Assembly: GCA_030141605.1 (NCBI GenBank)
Contig: JAQGDQ010000439.1
Coordinates: 1 to 64,000 of the forward strand
Length of the DNA: 64,000 nt
Reading direction: 5' to 3'
DNA from: Tubiluchus corallicola
Lineage: Eukaryota; Animalia; Priapulida
Shown here: in pieces, positions 32,641-45,757 of the stretch
Position numbering within the stretch: the first letter of the stretch is position 1
Layout: each line of letters opens with the position of its first letter
Program-made: the position numbers and the translations under genes
Notes under the pieces: model-generated
Told to the model about the DNA's origin: nothing
Seen by the model: only the letters and a program-made list of their open reading frames with translations
Databases searched by the model: none

Positions 32641-33651
32641 GAACGTTACATTCGTGCCACGGGGCTGCAGAGGAACATTGCCGACATCAAACCAGGAACC
32701 ACAAGAAAGAAATTGGCGCTTAAGCTAACTGAATTCTCATTTACAATAGACTACCCGGTATATACCTGGCTATTTGGTTGCGGATGCTTAATCAAGAGAT
32801 TTCTTGTATAACACAAACTTCTTTCAGTTTGCTTCATTGTGTATTAAAGTGCTTAGTTGGAGATGATTGATTATTGTAGGACAGAGAATGCCTACTGTTT
32901 TGAGTTTCTTTACGGACATGTAAAACTAATATGTTTTGAGTTATAACAATATGTTCAGAAAACGTAGTTTTCATGTTACTGAAATGAATACCTTATTGAT
33001 TGTTGATTCACAATTTACAGTTATATAGTAGACTGGTCCAGCTATTACAATTTTGTACCTACTGTTAAAGCTATTGAATGCTGGATGGTAGATTTAGAAA
33101 TTTATTGTGGTTGTTTCGTTTGTGTGCTTTTTGATACGTTGTAGAAATGTTCCTTGTATTTTTTTGAATTTTTGACAAAATTATTTTCCAGGGAGCTCTG
33201 TAACAGCCCTACAACAGTGTTCTCATTTTTTGTACTAAAGGAATTTCTACAGTTATATTTACTAAATTGTGCGGAGTAGCGCAAATCAGTTTTATTTTGT
33301 ATTATTAAGTGAAATATTTATTCCCTTATCTGTGTAATCATAGTAATTGGATATAGCATAGTAGTGCCACCTATGGTCAACTTTGTTTATTAAGAAAAGA
33401 AACCAGGTACATTAACTTGACAGATGTGCTTCCTTATTTGGCAAATGTAACCACCAATCAAGAGTGGAGAAAAGTAGGACATTGTCTGCTGCTACTCTTT
33501 ATGACCGGTTTGATTATTAGATTTATGTGATGAACAAACCTTTACATGTTATGCAGCGACTCAGCTTAAAGGCAACAAGTTTACCTGGGAAAAATGGGCC
33601 ACAAAACAGGGTGTAAAAATGTGGTTTTGCAATACGGTTGCTCAACTTTAG

Positions 33652-33992
33652 ATTTAGCATTTCTTGGCTAAGAGCACAATGTCACATTTATCAATGGTAC
33701 TTCCTCTGCAAAACCACAGCGTTTCTGGAATGGTAGCTTAATCTTGGTGATCCTGGACTATCCGTTGTCTAGGAAGCCTATAGAGACTTTGTCGTTTGTG
33801 GAGGATCAGGGCAGGTCGTTTAGAAGCAGTTTTTTGTTGCAGTCAGTAGACTAATCTATCACCAATCTTCGTGTCAGCACCTACAGCGCACGATTCCCAG
33901 TTGATGGAGCTGACGCTATGTCCGATATCATCGAGCTGTTTGAAGACGAAGCTACAGTGTGGGAAACCCGCCCCATTTCCTTACATCAAATG
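33652..33992 (+). pseudogene. Exon-like remnant of an unknown, probably extracellular, protein
   Basis: tttag| ~113 codons with only two TAA stops |gtaatg; higher GC than the flanks; NVT, NGT and NGS sequons. Confidence 0.4.
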
Positions 33993-34375
33993 GTAATGAG
34001 CTTTCGGTTAATCACTTGCTTGTCTATTCTGATGATGTTAAATTCTCAAGCTAAGGAAGTTCGCTAAGGACACAAAGCCTTAGATCATATAAAACATATA
34101 AAACATGCCTATTCGCCAAGTATTTGCGGTGTGTTAGCACGAGTGTTCTGTGATAATCTAGCCATTGTGACGTAAGCGCATTTTAGGTCGAACAGAGACC
34201 ATAGATGCTATGCCTGTTAACACTGCTTTTGTCGTTCTTCGAAGTGAACACGTGACCTAATTTCACCTATTTGATTGGCAGAATTCTTGCGTCCTGCTTA
34301 CGATGTCAAAGATATTAGAACGTGTCTTGTACATGCGTCTATCGCATGAGTCATATAATCGCATCGCCTGTACAG

Positions 34376-34437
34376 TTTACACGGTGAGTTTTGGACGTCT
34401 GACGGTGGTGATAAAATCGCACCGTGTAAATAGGACT
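34376..34437. mobile_element. Harbinger-like MITE end
   Basis: TTTACACGGTG / CACCGTGTAAA inverted pair ending ...TAGGACT, followed by TAA; the partner terminus was not found. Confidence 0.4.
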
Positions 34438-34459
34438 TAATAGTATTTAATTAAACATG

Positions 34460-35152
34460 CTTTAATCTGTTCAAACTAGCAGTAAGTTATTTCTCCATAA
34501 TTAATTGGGGGCTATAATCGTCTCCATAATTAACTGACGAAAAAGCAAAACTTAATATGAAAATCTAACTCAAGAAAATAAAATAAAGACCAAAAAGTGC
34601 ATTGACAACTTGTAGGAAAAATAGGATACTGATGGTGAAATTTAAGATATTTAATCGAAGACTGAAGAATTTTTATTCTTACAGATAATATTGAATATGT
34701 GGCAGTAAGTAAATTATATAAGTGAATTATACGTACAATTTTTAACAGCCTAACATTCGTTAAAATATAATAGGCTGGGTGGAAAGAAAGTTACACAACT
34801 GTCATAATACGTTACGCAATTATGATCTTAGAAATTAAAAGCTATCTAACAAAGTAGTAGGATGCGGTTCATTTCAGTTCAGTTCAACTTAATTAACTGT
34901 AGTTGGATGCCTATTTTGCAGTTGGATAATAATAACTGCAATAACACTTTTAGTATTAATTTCGCCATTAAATTATAGCTGATACATAATGAATTGATTA
35001 TGAATACATTAGCAAGTTTTCGTTAGGCACTAGATGTTAGCGTCCAAACATTTGGGACCAACTCTTTTTAAATATTTTAAAAAACATATCATACTCTCGA
35101 AGCCCATGTATTCAGGTCCAAGAATTTGATACCCGAAGAACTGGGGCCAAAA
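34460..35152 (+). repeat. Dispersed non-coding repeat, copy 2
   Basis: See 11221-11843. Confidence 0.85.
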
Positions 35153-35620
35153 TATGTGCGGCTCAAATGTTTGGGGCCCATAAACCCGAGACCTGTGTAG
35201 ATGCTAACCAATCTAGTTAATTCAGAATTGGTTTATCAATGGTAAGCAACTAAGTATCTTTAGTTCTCGTTAGAGCTAGAATGGTTGCCGTACCATGGTT
35301 GATTTCATATATAGCTGTGCCACCATTACAACAATAATTCAGGAAAGGGTTAACAAATCTAATGCAAACTGCACAGTATTTGAGAATGGAATGTGAATAA
35401 TCGAAAAACAGATGGCGTTGCATGTTCCTCATTGCGAAAATAAATGTTGAAAACAATGTTGCTGCCATTTTAAAGTGATATGCATTCACTTAAGCAAGTA
35501 TGTACAACACAGCGTAAAATTAGAAATATTGTTTCATTGCTACATGTACAAAGTAATTAAAGTAGTTCAAAAAGTATTATTTACATAGGTATTCAGTGCA
35601 CAGTAGTTAAGAGAAGTGCA

Positions 35621-36487
35621 TCAAGGTGTCTGAATCTCATCTGCAGATGAATTAGAAATAACATTTGCGTTTTCATCACCATTTCCTTTACTGCAGCTGC
35701 TGCAGCACTGAGTTTTGCCAAAATCTATTAGTAACTCATAATTTTTGTTGACTTTATTATCACTTCTTTTCACAGTAGCTTGTTCTTGGTTCAGCAAATT
35801 CTCACTAAGTTCAGAGGTGTTATCGACTTTAAGATGAAATGGGAGCACAAGCTTTGAGCTGGAAGAGGGTTGTAAATTTATATCATGTCCTTTTCTTTGT
35901 AAGTGCAAGTTTCCCATGTCTAAACAAAGATCCGTCCTGTCATTGTTTGTTTGCTGCATAGCTTGATAGTTATCCTGGTTATCGGCAATAGAATTATCTT
36001 TGCTATCATCATTAGTTTTACACGTTGTTCTTTCAAAATCCTTGCTCAATTTATATTTACTCTGAGTCTCAGCAGAATAGAAATGGTCTTCATCCTTGTC
36101 TAAGCTGCTCTGCTGTTTATTTAGCGCATTTGTATGTACTTTAGATTCAATGGATGTTTTATTATTGTTATAATTTATTGGAGTAGTAGGATTGGATTTT
36201 TCTAGGTTAGAAATTTTATTACTAAAATTATCATCGTTTTCTGGAGCACCTGGAGAATCAATTTGCGCAGGCTTCACTTCTTCTCCCAAGCACACCAGAT
36301 TTCCTAACAGACTATAGGACGACATTTCCTTATGACCGCTGTCGGGCGAATCATTGCCGTTGGCATTTCTGTTGGCGTACATCCTCTGATGTTCCTCTGA
36401 TGCATTCTGCTGATGCACTGACTCTAGAAATCTAGGCAACATGACAGGACCTGACTGAAGAGTAGTGGAGTCTAGACTCACCAATAA
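35621..36487 (-). CDS. NOS1AP: CAPON/NOS1AP-like, last coding exon
   Basis: tactag| 289-codon frame containing DSPDSGHKEMSS and ending SADEIQTP*; phase 0 matches the previous exon. Confidence 0.8.
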   Translation of the reverse strand, partial: LLVSLDSTTLQSGPVMLPRFLESVHQQNASEEHQRMYANRNANGNDSPDSGHKEMSSYSLLGNLVCLGEEVKPAQIDSPGAPENDDNFSNKISNLEKSNPTTPINYNNNKTSIESKVHTNALNKQQSSLDKDEDHFYSAETQSKYKLSKDFERTTCKTNDDSKDNSIADNQDNYQAMQQTNNDRTDLCLDMGNLHLQRKGHDINLQPSSSSKLVLPFHLKVDNTSELSENLLNQEQATVKRSDNKVNKNYELLIDFGKTQCCSSCSKGNGDENANVISNSSADEIQTP

Positions 36488-36757
36488 CTAGTAAAAGAAA
36501 AAAATACAGATAAATTATGTACTGCTTGTTGCAGTCAAATAAACCTAATTAACTTTGTCTTTTTTTCGAAACTTGTGTTATTTCATAATTTAAACCGCTT
36601 CATAACTGGCCACCACACTACACAAAACGTAGCTGCGTATTTGAATTGTAACAATATTTCATGAAGGTTGTAGTGAACTGCTAATGTTTTAATTTACACA
36701 AATAGACAAAGAAACTGATTTTACAATTTTCAAATAATAAAAAAATTTCTTGTTATA

Positions 36758-36777
36758 TTCTTCTTCTTCTTCTTCTT

Positions 36778-36807
<30 letters not shown>
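36758..36807. repeat. (TTC)n microsatellite
   Basis: Visible directly. Confidence 0.97.
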
Positions 36808-36808
<1 letters not shown>

Positions 36809-36954
36809 TCATCAATTCACATGTTAAATAAGGAAACGAACTCATTTAAGATGTACAGTGTGATTTTATTATTTAAGTTGATAATTATATATTCAACCAC
36901 TAACTCTACTACTATACTAATAATATAGCCCCATATATAATTTGTTTAGTATAC

Positions 36955-37092
36955 CTTCTCGGTAGGCGTAGGAAGACAAGAATCAACCGAGTTACCATAC
37001 AGTTTACATTCTAAGTCTCGAAGCTGGTTTATTAAAGTCTGAATGTGAACCAGTAAGTCTCGATTTTGCAGAAGAAGTTGATGAGTTCGTGC
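36955..37092 (-). CDS. NOS1AP: CAPON/NOS1AP-like exon (coiled coil)
   Basis: ARTHQLLLQNRDLLVHIQTLINQLRDLECKL, compare NOS1AP ARVHQLLLQNKDMLQHI; AG/GT bounded. Confidence 0.93.
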
Positions 37093-38537
37093 CTGTCAAA
37101 ATGCCATAGCTTTTGTAAAATAAAGATTTGAAAACGTCATCACCTACATAAGTTAAGATCTGAAATTAGGGGTAAGCCAATATTTTTGGATTACGTGATC
37201 AATGTGTTACCTGACCGCTTTGGCATCGAAACACCCGTTGATAAGTGTGGAGGGAGATCCTCGGCACACCTTGCTTCCAGATTAGCAGCGACTCGTACCT
37301 TCCATGTAGATCCAGACGTCTTGTTTGGACCTATTGTGGTATGAGAAGCTAGCTGACCTGGAATGCCAGTATCAAAGCGTGTAGCGGTCACTACATCCAC
37401 GATTTCTGACTTAAATGCTTCTCAGCCTGCTGCCTTAAACATTATTGCTATTAATATAGCGTTTATTTTTTGTTTACTTTAAATCTTTTTTCATTTGTGT
37501 TGTTACAATAAAAGCAAAACCCGTAAAAAGATGTACATGCGCTATTTTTGTGTTGCATTTACACGTCTTAGAAGGAACTGTTCAAAATTATTTTTAGTTG
37601 TTCTTAATTAATAACTATTTGTGTCTGTCAAGCTGGAGTATTATCACCATTGTTGTTTTCATTGTAAGTTGATGATCTGTCTGAAATGGTGGTATAAAAA
37701 ACTAATAATACATGTCGTCTTGGTAGTGCAATGCTTAATCTTTTGTTATATGCAGACAATCTGTCTCTAACGTATATATAAAATATACAATGCCTCAAAA
37801 ATGAGTATTTGCCAACAGATTTTCTATAACACCTGGTAAAGTTATGCTTCATGATAAGCATATTAAAATTAATATTCTGATGAAATACTTTGGGCACATT
37901 TTTCAAACGAGTAAAGCTCACCTTGATGACTTAAATCAAATGCGGCTATTATATTGCCAGAGCCAGCAGCCATAGTGAGGCATTTCTCATTTCGTTCAAT
38001 TTCTGTGAAATGTACTTTATTTAGATCGTATTACAAATCTTTTTATTGTTGTAGTGTGTTGACGAAGTTTGACTAGTACAATATCGAAAAGTTGAAATCA
38101 GCCTATTGCACTAGCTTGGTGAATGGTGTTCTCGACTCCGCAATATGTGTTGATATTGATGTACCTCATAATTTTAAAGTGATTTTCGAAAACGCACGTA
38201 CGTACACCTAGATGAATATTTAATATTATTAATGGTACCTTAGTGCAAAAATTGCAAAATTTCAAGTTGATAATATTATTCGGGGATTGATTTGTACTGG
38301 AATTGTATTTTAACGAGACCGCTATACAATAAGTAATAATTTTATAATTATTCATGTAAAATTTTATGCTTTCATTTCAGTTAGTTAGGTTTCTAGTGTG
38401 TGGCTAGTTATTTTAAGATTGAAATAAGATACAAATTAAATAATAAAATAAATAAAAACGATAAAAATAATGGATTAACAGCAAGCAGGACTCAACACGG
38501 CACATGACTGCCAGTCTAAGTCAGTCCAGTATCTTAC

Positions 38538-38735
38538 CTGAGCTTCAATTCTGGCAGAAGTTTCAGCTGACAGTTGATCTCGTAGCAGGTGAACTTGCGC
38601 TACAGCTGCACACGTTTCTTGCTGCTGTTGAGCAAGCTGTTGACAAAACAGCTGATGTTGATGATTCTGGTTGAGAGGAATGTCTTCCGGGAGATGATGT
38701 GGAGAGATAACAGGTGACGTAAGAGAAACTTCCGC
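38538..38735 (-). CDS. NOS1AP: CAPON/NOS1AP-like exon (coiled coil)
   Basis: [31 protein letters not shown]|gtaaga, compare NOS1[25 protein letters not shown]. Confidence 0.94.
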
Positions 38736-39328
38736 CTGAAAATGAGTATCGAATTCACATAAAGTTGATTTAAGGACGTAAATATGTAGTGTCTACTTCA
38801 CTTTCAATATTTTAGTAGATTCAAAATGGATGATCATATGAAAAATATATATTGTCTATTGTTCATTTATTCCAAGAGCCAATAATAAGGTGGCGGTATG
38901 TCTTTTCCAACGATTATATCTTATCTTGTAAATTATACCTTATCTTATATCTTATCTTATATAGTATCCTATACAATATACAATACATAAATAGCAATGA
39001 AATAATTTTAAATAGGATATAACCTAACGACTAATTGTGATAAGCGAATAATTGTCGACTCATATCACAAAATGAACTGGTAAGATGTGAGCCGAGCAGG
39101 TAGTATGGAATAAGTACATGCATTGCATATCTAAATCTTTTTATTGACGAATTTTTAAATTGAACTTTACAATTTTGTCGTCATCGTTCTAACTGTTATA
39201 ACTTTCAAGCTTTTTACCAGTCACAGTTGGTTACATGCTGATTAATGCGTGTGAAATTTCTCCGCTAGCTTTGGATGAATGGCTTTTTAATGGAGACTGC
39301 AATCAATCGCCTGTAAATTCAGACTCAC

Positions 39329-39423
39329 CGGTGTCAAATCTTGTTGCTTTTCAGAAGCGGCTTCCGTTGACTTTAACGAATCTGTAGCAGAAGATGAGAG
39401 GAAACTGGATTCGCCGCTTGATG
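39329..39423 (-). CDS. NOS1AP: CAPON/NOS1AP-like linker exon
   Basis: tttcag|ASSGESSFLSSSATDSLKSTEAASEKQQDLTP|gtgagt; supplies the phase 1 to phase 0 bridge needed between the flanking exons. Confidence 0.75.
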
Positions 39424-40525
39424 CTGAAAAATTACAGATCGTCAGATTAACAACTGTAATAATCTCAATCAAACTGACACTTATTCTAGTCGCTCAAGAA
39501 AGGACGAAGGATTGCTAGCAGGGCTAAAATTAACTAAGGGCGTTCATGGTGTAAAATCATCAATAATACACTAATATTATCTCGTTTGCTGACAGAAAAA
39601 ATATAATATTTGTTTCCCAAGTTTTATTAATTAGTTTATACATTCATTTCACCAACACGTGATATAGTTATAAACAAGGAAATAAAAGTTTATAGTACAT
39701 TACTGCAACTAGAACAACAGAATACTTTCACAATATTCTCCATAGTTACAATACCAACAATAATAAAATATCCGATGGAAAAAAGAATTTCACTGCAGCT
39801 GATTCTATCATTTGTCGCAATAACAATAATTATGTGACGTGTTGCAGAGGCTTGAAACGTTAAAGCTTGTAAGAGAGACTAGGATAGGGAAACAGAGAGA
39901 TTAGTTAGTAAAAAGAAATGAGGATGAACTTGCTAGTAGTGACAGTAAAAAGAGGAGAAAGAAGAGATAACGATATGTGAGGTAACAATGACAATCATGA
40001 CCATGTTAACTAAAATTAAGATTCAGAAAGTTGTAGAGTGACACTCGCCGCAACAAATGGAGGAAGATCAATCTCTATATATGCGTACCGCATATTTGGA
40101 AGAAGAGACAAATTACAAAGTTAGAATATTATTCCACTAGTTTTTTACCCTCCACTACTTGCAGTACTATTATATCCCAGAAATCTTATTTACTATCTAT
40201 ATCACAGAAAGGATATATGGTTAAAATATCACTAAATCACTACTATTATCGATCGTATTATAACCTTGGTTTCTACAACAACTTTCCACAAGAAATGTTC
40301 GTTTTACATAATATCATAGTATGGTAATTTCTGATACCTACCGCTTTCACGTTGTTGCATACTATCGGGGTAAATAACATAAATATGTGTTGCTCTTTTG
40401 ATGTGACTTTGCAGTTCTTATGGTAACGACTCATTGTTGAGCTTATTTATGAATGTGTTGCTTGTTTATAGAAAGCATACTCTGTGTTGTGAAGTAGTGT
40501 AATTATTCAGTTCGTCAAAAAAGTA

Positions 40526-41273
40526 TCGGGTGGCGCAGAAAAATGTGCCGAAGTTTAGGTACAACTTATATTAGTCCGAAGTGCCCTACAAAGCTGAAAT
40601 TTGACACCGTGCATTAACTTTTAGCTGTACCAGCTACCAGCTACCAGCTACCAGTTTATAATCTTAGTAATTTTTAAGTTATGGATAAAAAACTTTTGCA
40701 TGTTAAAAAATTAACTGCCGGAACCATGTCGGAGCAGCCACGTTGACGTATAAAGCACTCATAACATGGTAGAAAACAATAAAGAAGTTGGTCAGTTTAC
40801 ATCATGATCTTTCCCAACAGAAATTAAACTGATAAAGAGTTGTTTCCAACTAAAATATGACTTAATCCTGTGGATTAAGGTATCTGGAATTCCCTTAAGA
40901 GAAAGTGTACAATGGCCCTACAAAGCAGTTTGATGCAAAGCAACTAAAGGGAAAAATTGTTGAGTCTAGAGACAAAATACCACTTAAAGAAGTGAGAAAC
41001 TGTGTCACTGGAAGAAATGACTTTGTCTAGGTTGCAGTGAAAATGATAGAGCACTTGCTGTAAATTTTAGCAACAGTGGCGCAAAATTTCTTGCTGCATT
41101 TATGATTTTGACTTATTGACGTAAAACTCCTGTATCTTTGGATGAATCTAAGGAATGATCAAGAATTTTTGCTGTTTATACACAAACGTCTGTAACATCA
41201 TCTTTTTAAGTGATTCGATTAGTTTCTTCTTGTAACGTTATTATCAGAATTTCGGTATTTTTGCGCCACCTGA
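40526..41273 (+). mobile_element. Deleted Tc1/mariner-superfamily DNA transposon
   Basis: TA|TCGGGTGGCGCAGAAAAAT...ATTTTTGCGCCACCTGA|TA (TIRs with TA TSD); internal DLNPVD*GIWNSLK remnant at ~40859-40900. Confidence 0.85.
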
Positions 41274-41474
41274 TATATCCTATATCTAGCATATAAATGT
41301 AGCCGTCGTTTAATATTGTTCCTGAACCCTTTTCAACATTAATTTTTATGCTATCAGAACGGATTTTCTCTTAAACCAAGATATGAATATATTTTTCTCA
41401 GCCTTGCAATATAAGGCACGCATACGTCAGCTACATTTAAACTGTGCAAGGCAGGTTAGTATAAAGCTACTAAC

Positions 41475-41676
41475 CTTCACGGGGTGTTTCTTTACAAGTG
41501 GTAACAGTTGCTCCTAAAGAATTTAACGCATCTTCTTTAACTTTGTTTGGCTTCTTTTTCGTATTCACCGCATGCTCTTTATCAACGTCTTTCTTCTCAG
41601 CTTGCTCATGTAAAGAATGTTGATGACAAACCTCAAATGCTTGTCCAACGGTTCTCACAATCAACAAAGCTTGACT
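41475..41676 (-). CDS. NOS1AP: CAPON/NOS1AP-like exon (end of PTB domain)
   Basis: [22 protein letters not shown], compare NOS1AP [22 protein letters not shown]. Confidence 0.95.
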
Positions 41677-42395
41677 CTAGAGTAATGCAAGATAGTTTAG
41701 TTTTAAAAGTACATTAGTTAAAAGTGTGGTACAAATTAGTTAACACGTGAAACGTCCTACTTGACGAGCGTCGATATTGCTTACTCCTTTGAAACGCATT
41801 ACACAGCTGGATATACGTAAGTTAATGTCTGTCATAAAAATTGCTACACAGAACATTTTGTACTAGTAACTTCTACTCGTAACTTGAAATTGGAGAAATG
41901 TGATTTTTCACCAAAATTGATGCCATACATGCCAATTGAAATCGTTTACAAATTATAGGATACTATTTGCTAGTGATGTGGATCATAACACCTAAATTTC
42001 TAAATTCATCTTTTTGTTGCTTTCTGGACGAGCCGTTATTGTTGTATGCGTTTTCTCAATTAAATTACAATTTTAATTTAAACAGAAACAGAGGTATAAT
42101 GAAAGTTTACTTCTTGAAAACTTTAAAATTTAGCAAAAAATTAAATAAATGACCTTTAAGAGATATTTTACCGTTTAAAGACTCTGAAGTGCCATAAAGA
42201 AAGTGAATCACGAGCAAACTATACTCTGCATGAAGCCCTGTTATTAATTAAGTTACAAAAAAGCTGAAGGTAGGCTTCTTCTTCTTCTTCTTCTAAGCAA
42301 AATGATGGAGATAAATATAAAACAAAGGCGTCTCTCATGATTAACGTTCTTTAATAATAAACGTGGTGTAACTGAAATAAGGAAATTATTAGTAC

Positions 42396-42504
42396 CTTTT
42401 TATTTGCTTTAAACACGTGGCAATTAAACAGACCAGATGAACAGTCCCTCGCGATGTAGCTGAAAATCTTTAAATCTTGCGAGTCGTGCGACACGTAGAA
42501 TATC
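42396..42504 (-). CDS. NOS1AP: CAPON/NOS1AP-like exon (PTB domain)
   Basis: [20 protein letters not shown] is the NOS1AP PTB signature; AG/GT bounded. Confidence 0.96.
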
Positions 42505-42659
42505 CTGCAATATTTAGATAATTTTACTTAATAGACTTAATATTTACTTCAACTATATGAAAAGTATATGTATGAAATTTCACCCCGTGGTCTAAATAAC
42601 GTTGTTACAGGAACTGTCTCTTTGGTTTCACACATCTGCCTGTTAGTCTACAAGAAAAA

Positions 42660-43221
42660 TCTTTAGATCACGTAATTTGTTCCGATTTATCTGATAATGC
42701 GGATATTAGAAAAGAAACTCATCTATTCTATGCACGGCACGTATGAACTCATTAATTAGAAAATTATGTTTTCTTTTTAAGAGTTATTGTTGTAATTTTT
42801 ATTGTATGTCACTATGGACGAAATTTGACAGTAACGTCTTTAACAAAATACGTGTCACGTATAACAATGGTATCAGGAAGCTATTGAAATTATACGATTC
42901 TAGTCCTTCTGCTATGTGTGCAAATTTATCGTTGCCACAATTTTGTTACAGTATAGGAAAACAATTACTAGAACTTGTGAACAACAAACATCTACTAGCT
43001 AATGTCAACTCCACAGGAATCATACAAATTGTTATTTTAAAATGTGGAACGACAGTGTGTTTGTAAATAACAATCGTTGAACGTGATAGCTGTGCATGCT
43101 TTTTTACTGAATGTATAGTAGCATTTTAGTTTAACTTTTATTGTAGCATTTTGTTATAGTGTGATGTATTGTTTTTATGTTTTTATGCTGAAATAAACTA
43201 ATCTAATCTAATCTAGTCTAA
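42660..43221 (+). mobile_element. Non-LTR retrotransposon 3' fragment (same type as 17.5-18.9 kb)
   Basis: HVICSDLSDNADI, FKSYCCNFYCMSLW, IRVTYNNGIRKLL; AATAAA plus (AATCT)n tail. Confidence 0.85.
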
Positions 43222-45279
43222 TATACAAGATAGTAACCTCTTTTGGCGTCACTAGGATAAAATTTTTGGGCTTCTTTGACATTTTTCGTGGAAAACTTTC
43301 AAACGTTTTAGCATAAAATCTTTTTTATCGATTACCGACTACTAGTCGTGAATGCCTTGGATGATTTTCTTTCAGGTCGATTCAGTTTTTTTACCTTATC
43401 GAATTATGCAGTCTCTTTTAAATCTGTTTTTTTGTTCTCAGTCGCTGATCAGTTATTGCTTATTGATCGGTCATTGATGGATCTTGGTCCCACTCAAACT
43501 ACTTTGAGTGGCTGATAATGAATAGTAAGGTGCTGCTTATTGACACAGGTTAATGGGGGATGATTGTCGATATATAGTTTTCGATTGGTTATTCCACAGA
43601 TTTCTAAAGCCGTTTTGTCCCGAAACAAAAGTGTAATAGAGACAATCATTTCCATTTAGACGCTAAGGGACTATTACTAGTTGCTGCATGCATTAGTAGA
43701 ACTTGGGTTTATTTTTTATAATTAGCATTTTTAACTATTATTTTATATTACAGTTAAGACAAAACTTTTATTTATTTTCATACTGCTTCAGACTCAGGTT
43801 ACTGACTGTTACTGTAGCACTGGTTTTGTTGCAAGGTTAAAGAGGTGCACGTTATTAGGCGCTGGGGACAACAGTCAAGATGTTATTACACAAACTGGAT
43901 AATCCTACGTCGAAAATCCCATCCAATTACCCAAAGAGTTGGAAACTGTCAGCTTCACTATTAGCAAAATTACCCACGTGCTGTATCTGCCAGCTTATTA
44001 CTGCTGTAAACACCAATTCCCTTTAGTGGATTGGATATTAGGTTTAGATTAAATTGCTAACCTACCACATGTGCACAACTCGTAGCACCAATTTGTCTTA
44101 CTTTGCTTAATGTCAGTAATTCCACGGTTGCAATAAGCGTACGTTATTGGTGAGATAATTTCACAGCTTTGCCCGTCTAAGCGATTATAGGTGTCAATTT
44201 CATAGTAAGATTGAAAAAGTGCATCTTAATCAAGCGCTAACTTAAAAGAAGTTAGTGTTCTTTCGGAGAAAATTGTTGTAAGTATTGTAGGTCTGAAGAT
44301 CAGAGCCAAAGATTCATTTTTCACTACTAGGAAAGTAACAACATGAGATGATACAAGACAATGTGTATTATACAACGCAACACCGAAGAAGTTCCGTGCA
44401 GTACAACATGGCCCAGCACTGTACCATCAACCCTCGCAGGGCAACGCAATGCAATTATGTAACACAACAGAGCACGACAAGACACAATGCAATGGAATGG
44501 AACAGTTCTGTGTCGGATATGTACTATGTTGCACTTCACTTCACACATTTTCGTCCTTTTTTATTCTGTACCCTGCAAACCGGGGCCAAAGCTTAGTGGT
44601 AAGACCGGAACTTAACTAATCGCCAAAGCAGGTGCTCTATAAGATGAAGCCGGTAGAGGTGCCTCACTCAATCACACAAATAGCGGGGCAGATGAAATCC
44701 AAGCGGGTTACCTGTCTATTTACTGACCGGGTTTGGCATTACTTAACGTCGCTAAGGCACACTGTGACTACTCCCTTCGCTAACATTATTGCTGGTCGCA
44801 AAACTTTATTTGACTAAATTGTGAAATGATTATTTAATTCTATTTAGGCTTCTCAAATTCGGTAACTATTTTTACTCATTTTATTTGCTTAGGAATATAG
44901 GTGAGTAAACAGACAGGAAGGTGGTTCTACGCCGAACCTCCCCGGTAAATGTGTTGTTACATCAGCAAACTACCGCTTTTTCATCTCACGAGGTTTAGTT
45001 TCCGCTTTCTTCGTCATTTCCGGCCCGTAATGAAAATTCTTATAGAAATTTCTTCCGGCACGTCTGAAATCATTTCTCGTTTACCTGGAAGTTGCAACTT
45101 CAAAGCGCCGTTTTCTTGCCACGTTTCACATTTAGAGTCACTTTTGCAGGATCTTTTTACACGAATCTTTTTTATTAGATAAAATCAAATCAACGTATTA
45201 ATTTATTAGGTTTGTTACTCATAAGTAATTATCAGCCAAATTAGCTGTAGTTACAGTTTACTCTATTTATCAAGTAGGC

Positions 45280-45757
45280 TTACCCCTTTGTTGTTAAAAA
45301 GATGCTGATTAAGAGCTTTTATTCTAATATTTACTGTATGGGGTGTATGTTCGTGTATGGAGTAAATACACTGCTGGGTATGTTAAACTCCATCCGGGAT
45401 GTTATAATAATGAAATACGAAAACTTTTTAAATCGAGATAGGATTGTAGCGCATCTGGCATGTGCACGAATCTCCGACTATCGCAGTTTCTTCACTTGTA
45501 TAAAAAATCTGCATATAGCCTTAGAAACAGACTGCTGTTCTCAAATAACAAGTATGCTATTGTGTTGGGAATTCTGATGTACTATATAAACCGAATATGT
45601 TCAAACTGTGGAATGAAATTTTCAATTTACATAAATTTTAGGGCCATTTTAATGAATTTGTAATTATTTTCATTATGTCAGTTTTATCTTAGTTTATCTT
45701 AATTATGTACATATTTGTATATGGGACATTTTTGCCTGAAAGAACAACAACAACAAT
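45280..45757 (+). mobile_element. Non-LTR retrotransposon 3' fragment (same type)
   Basis: VKKMLIKSFYSNIYCM, then frameshifted similar sequence; (AAC)n tail. Confidence 0.7.

Noticed and set aside
43630-43705. DNHFHLDAKGLLLVAA resembles the end of an SGNH esterase (LINE ORF1)
   Set aside because: Too short and degenerate, and no adjoining ORF2 was recognised.
44582-44612. GGGGCCAAAGCTTAGTGGTAAGA, a tRNA A-box-like start
   Set aside because: No B box or cloverleaf downstream.
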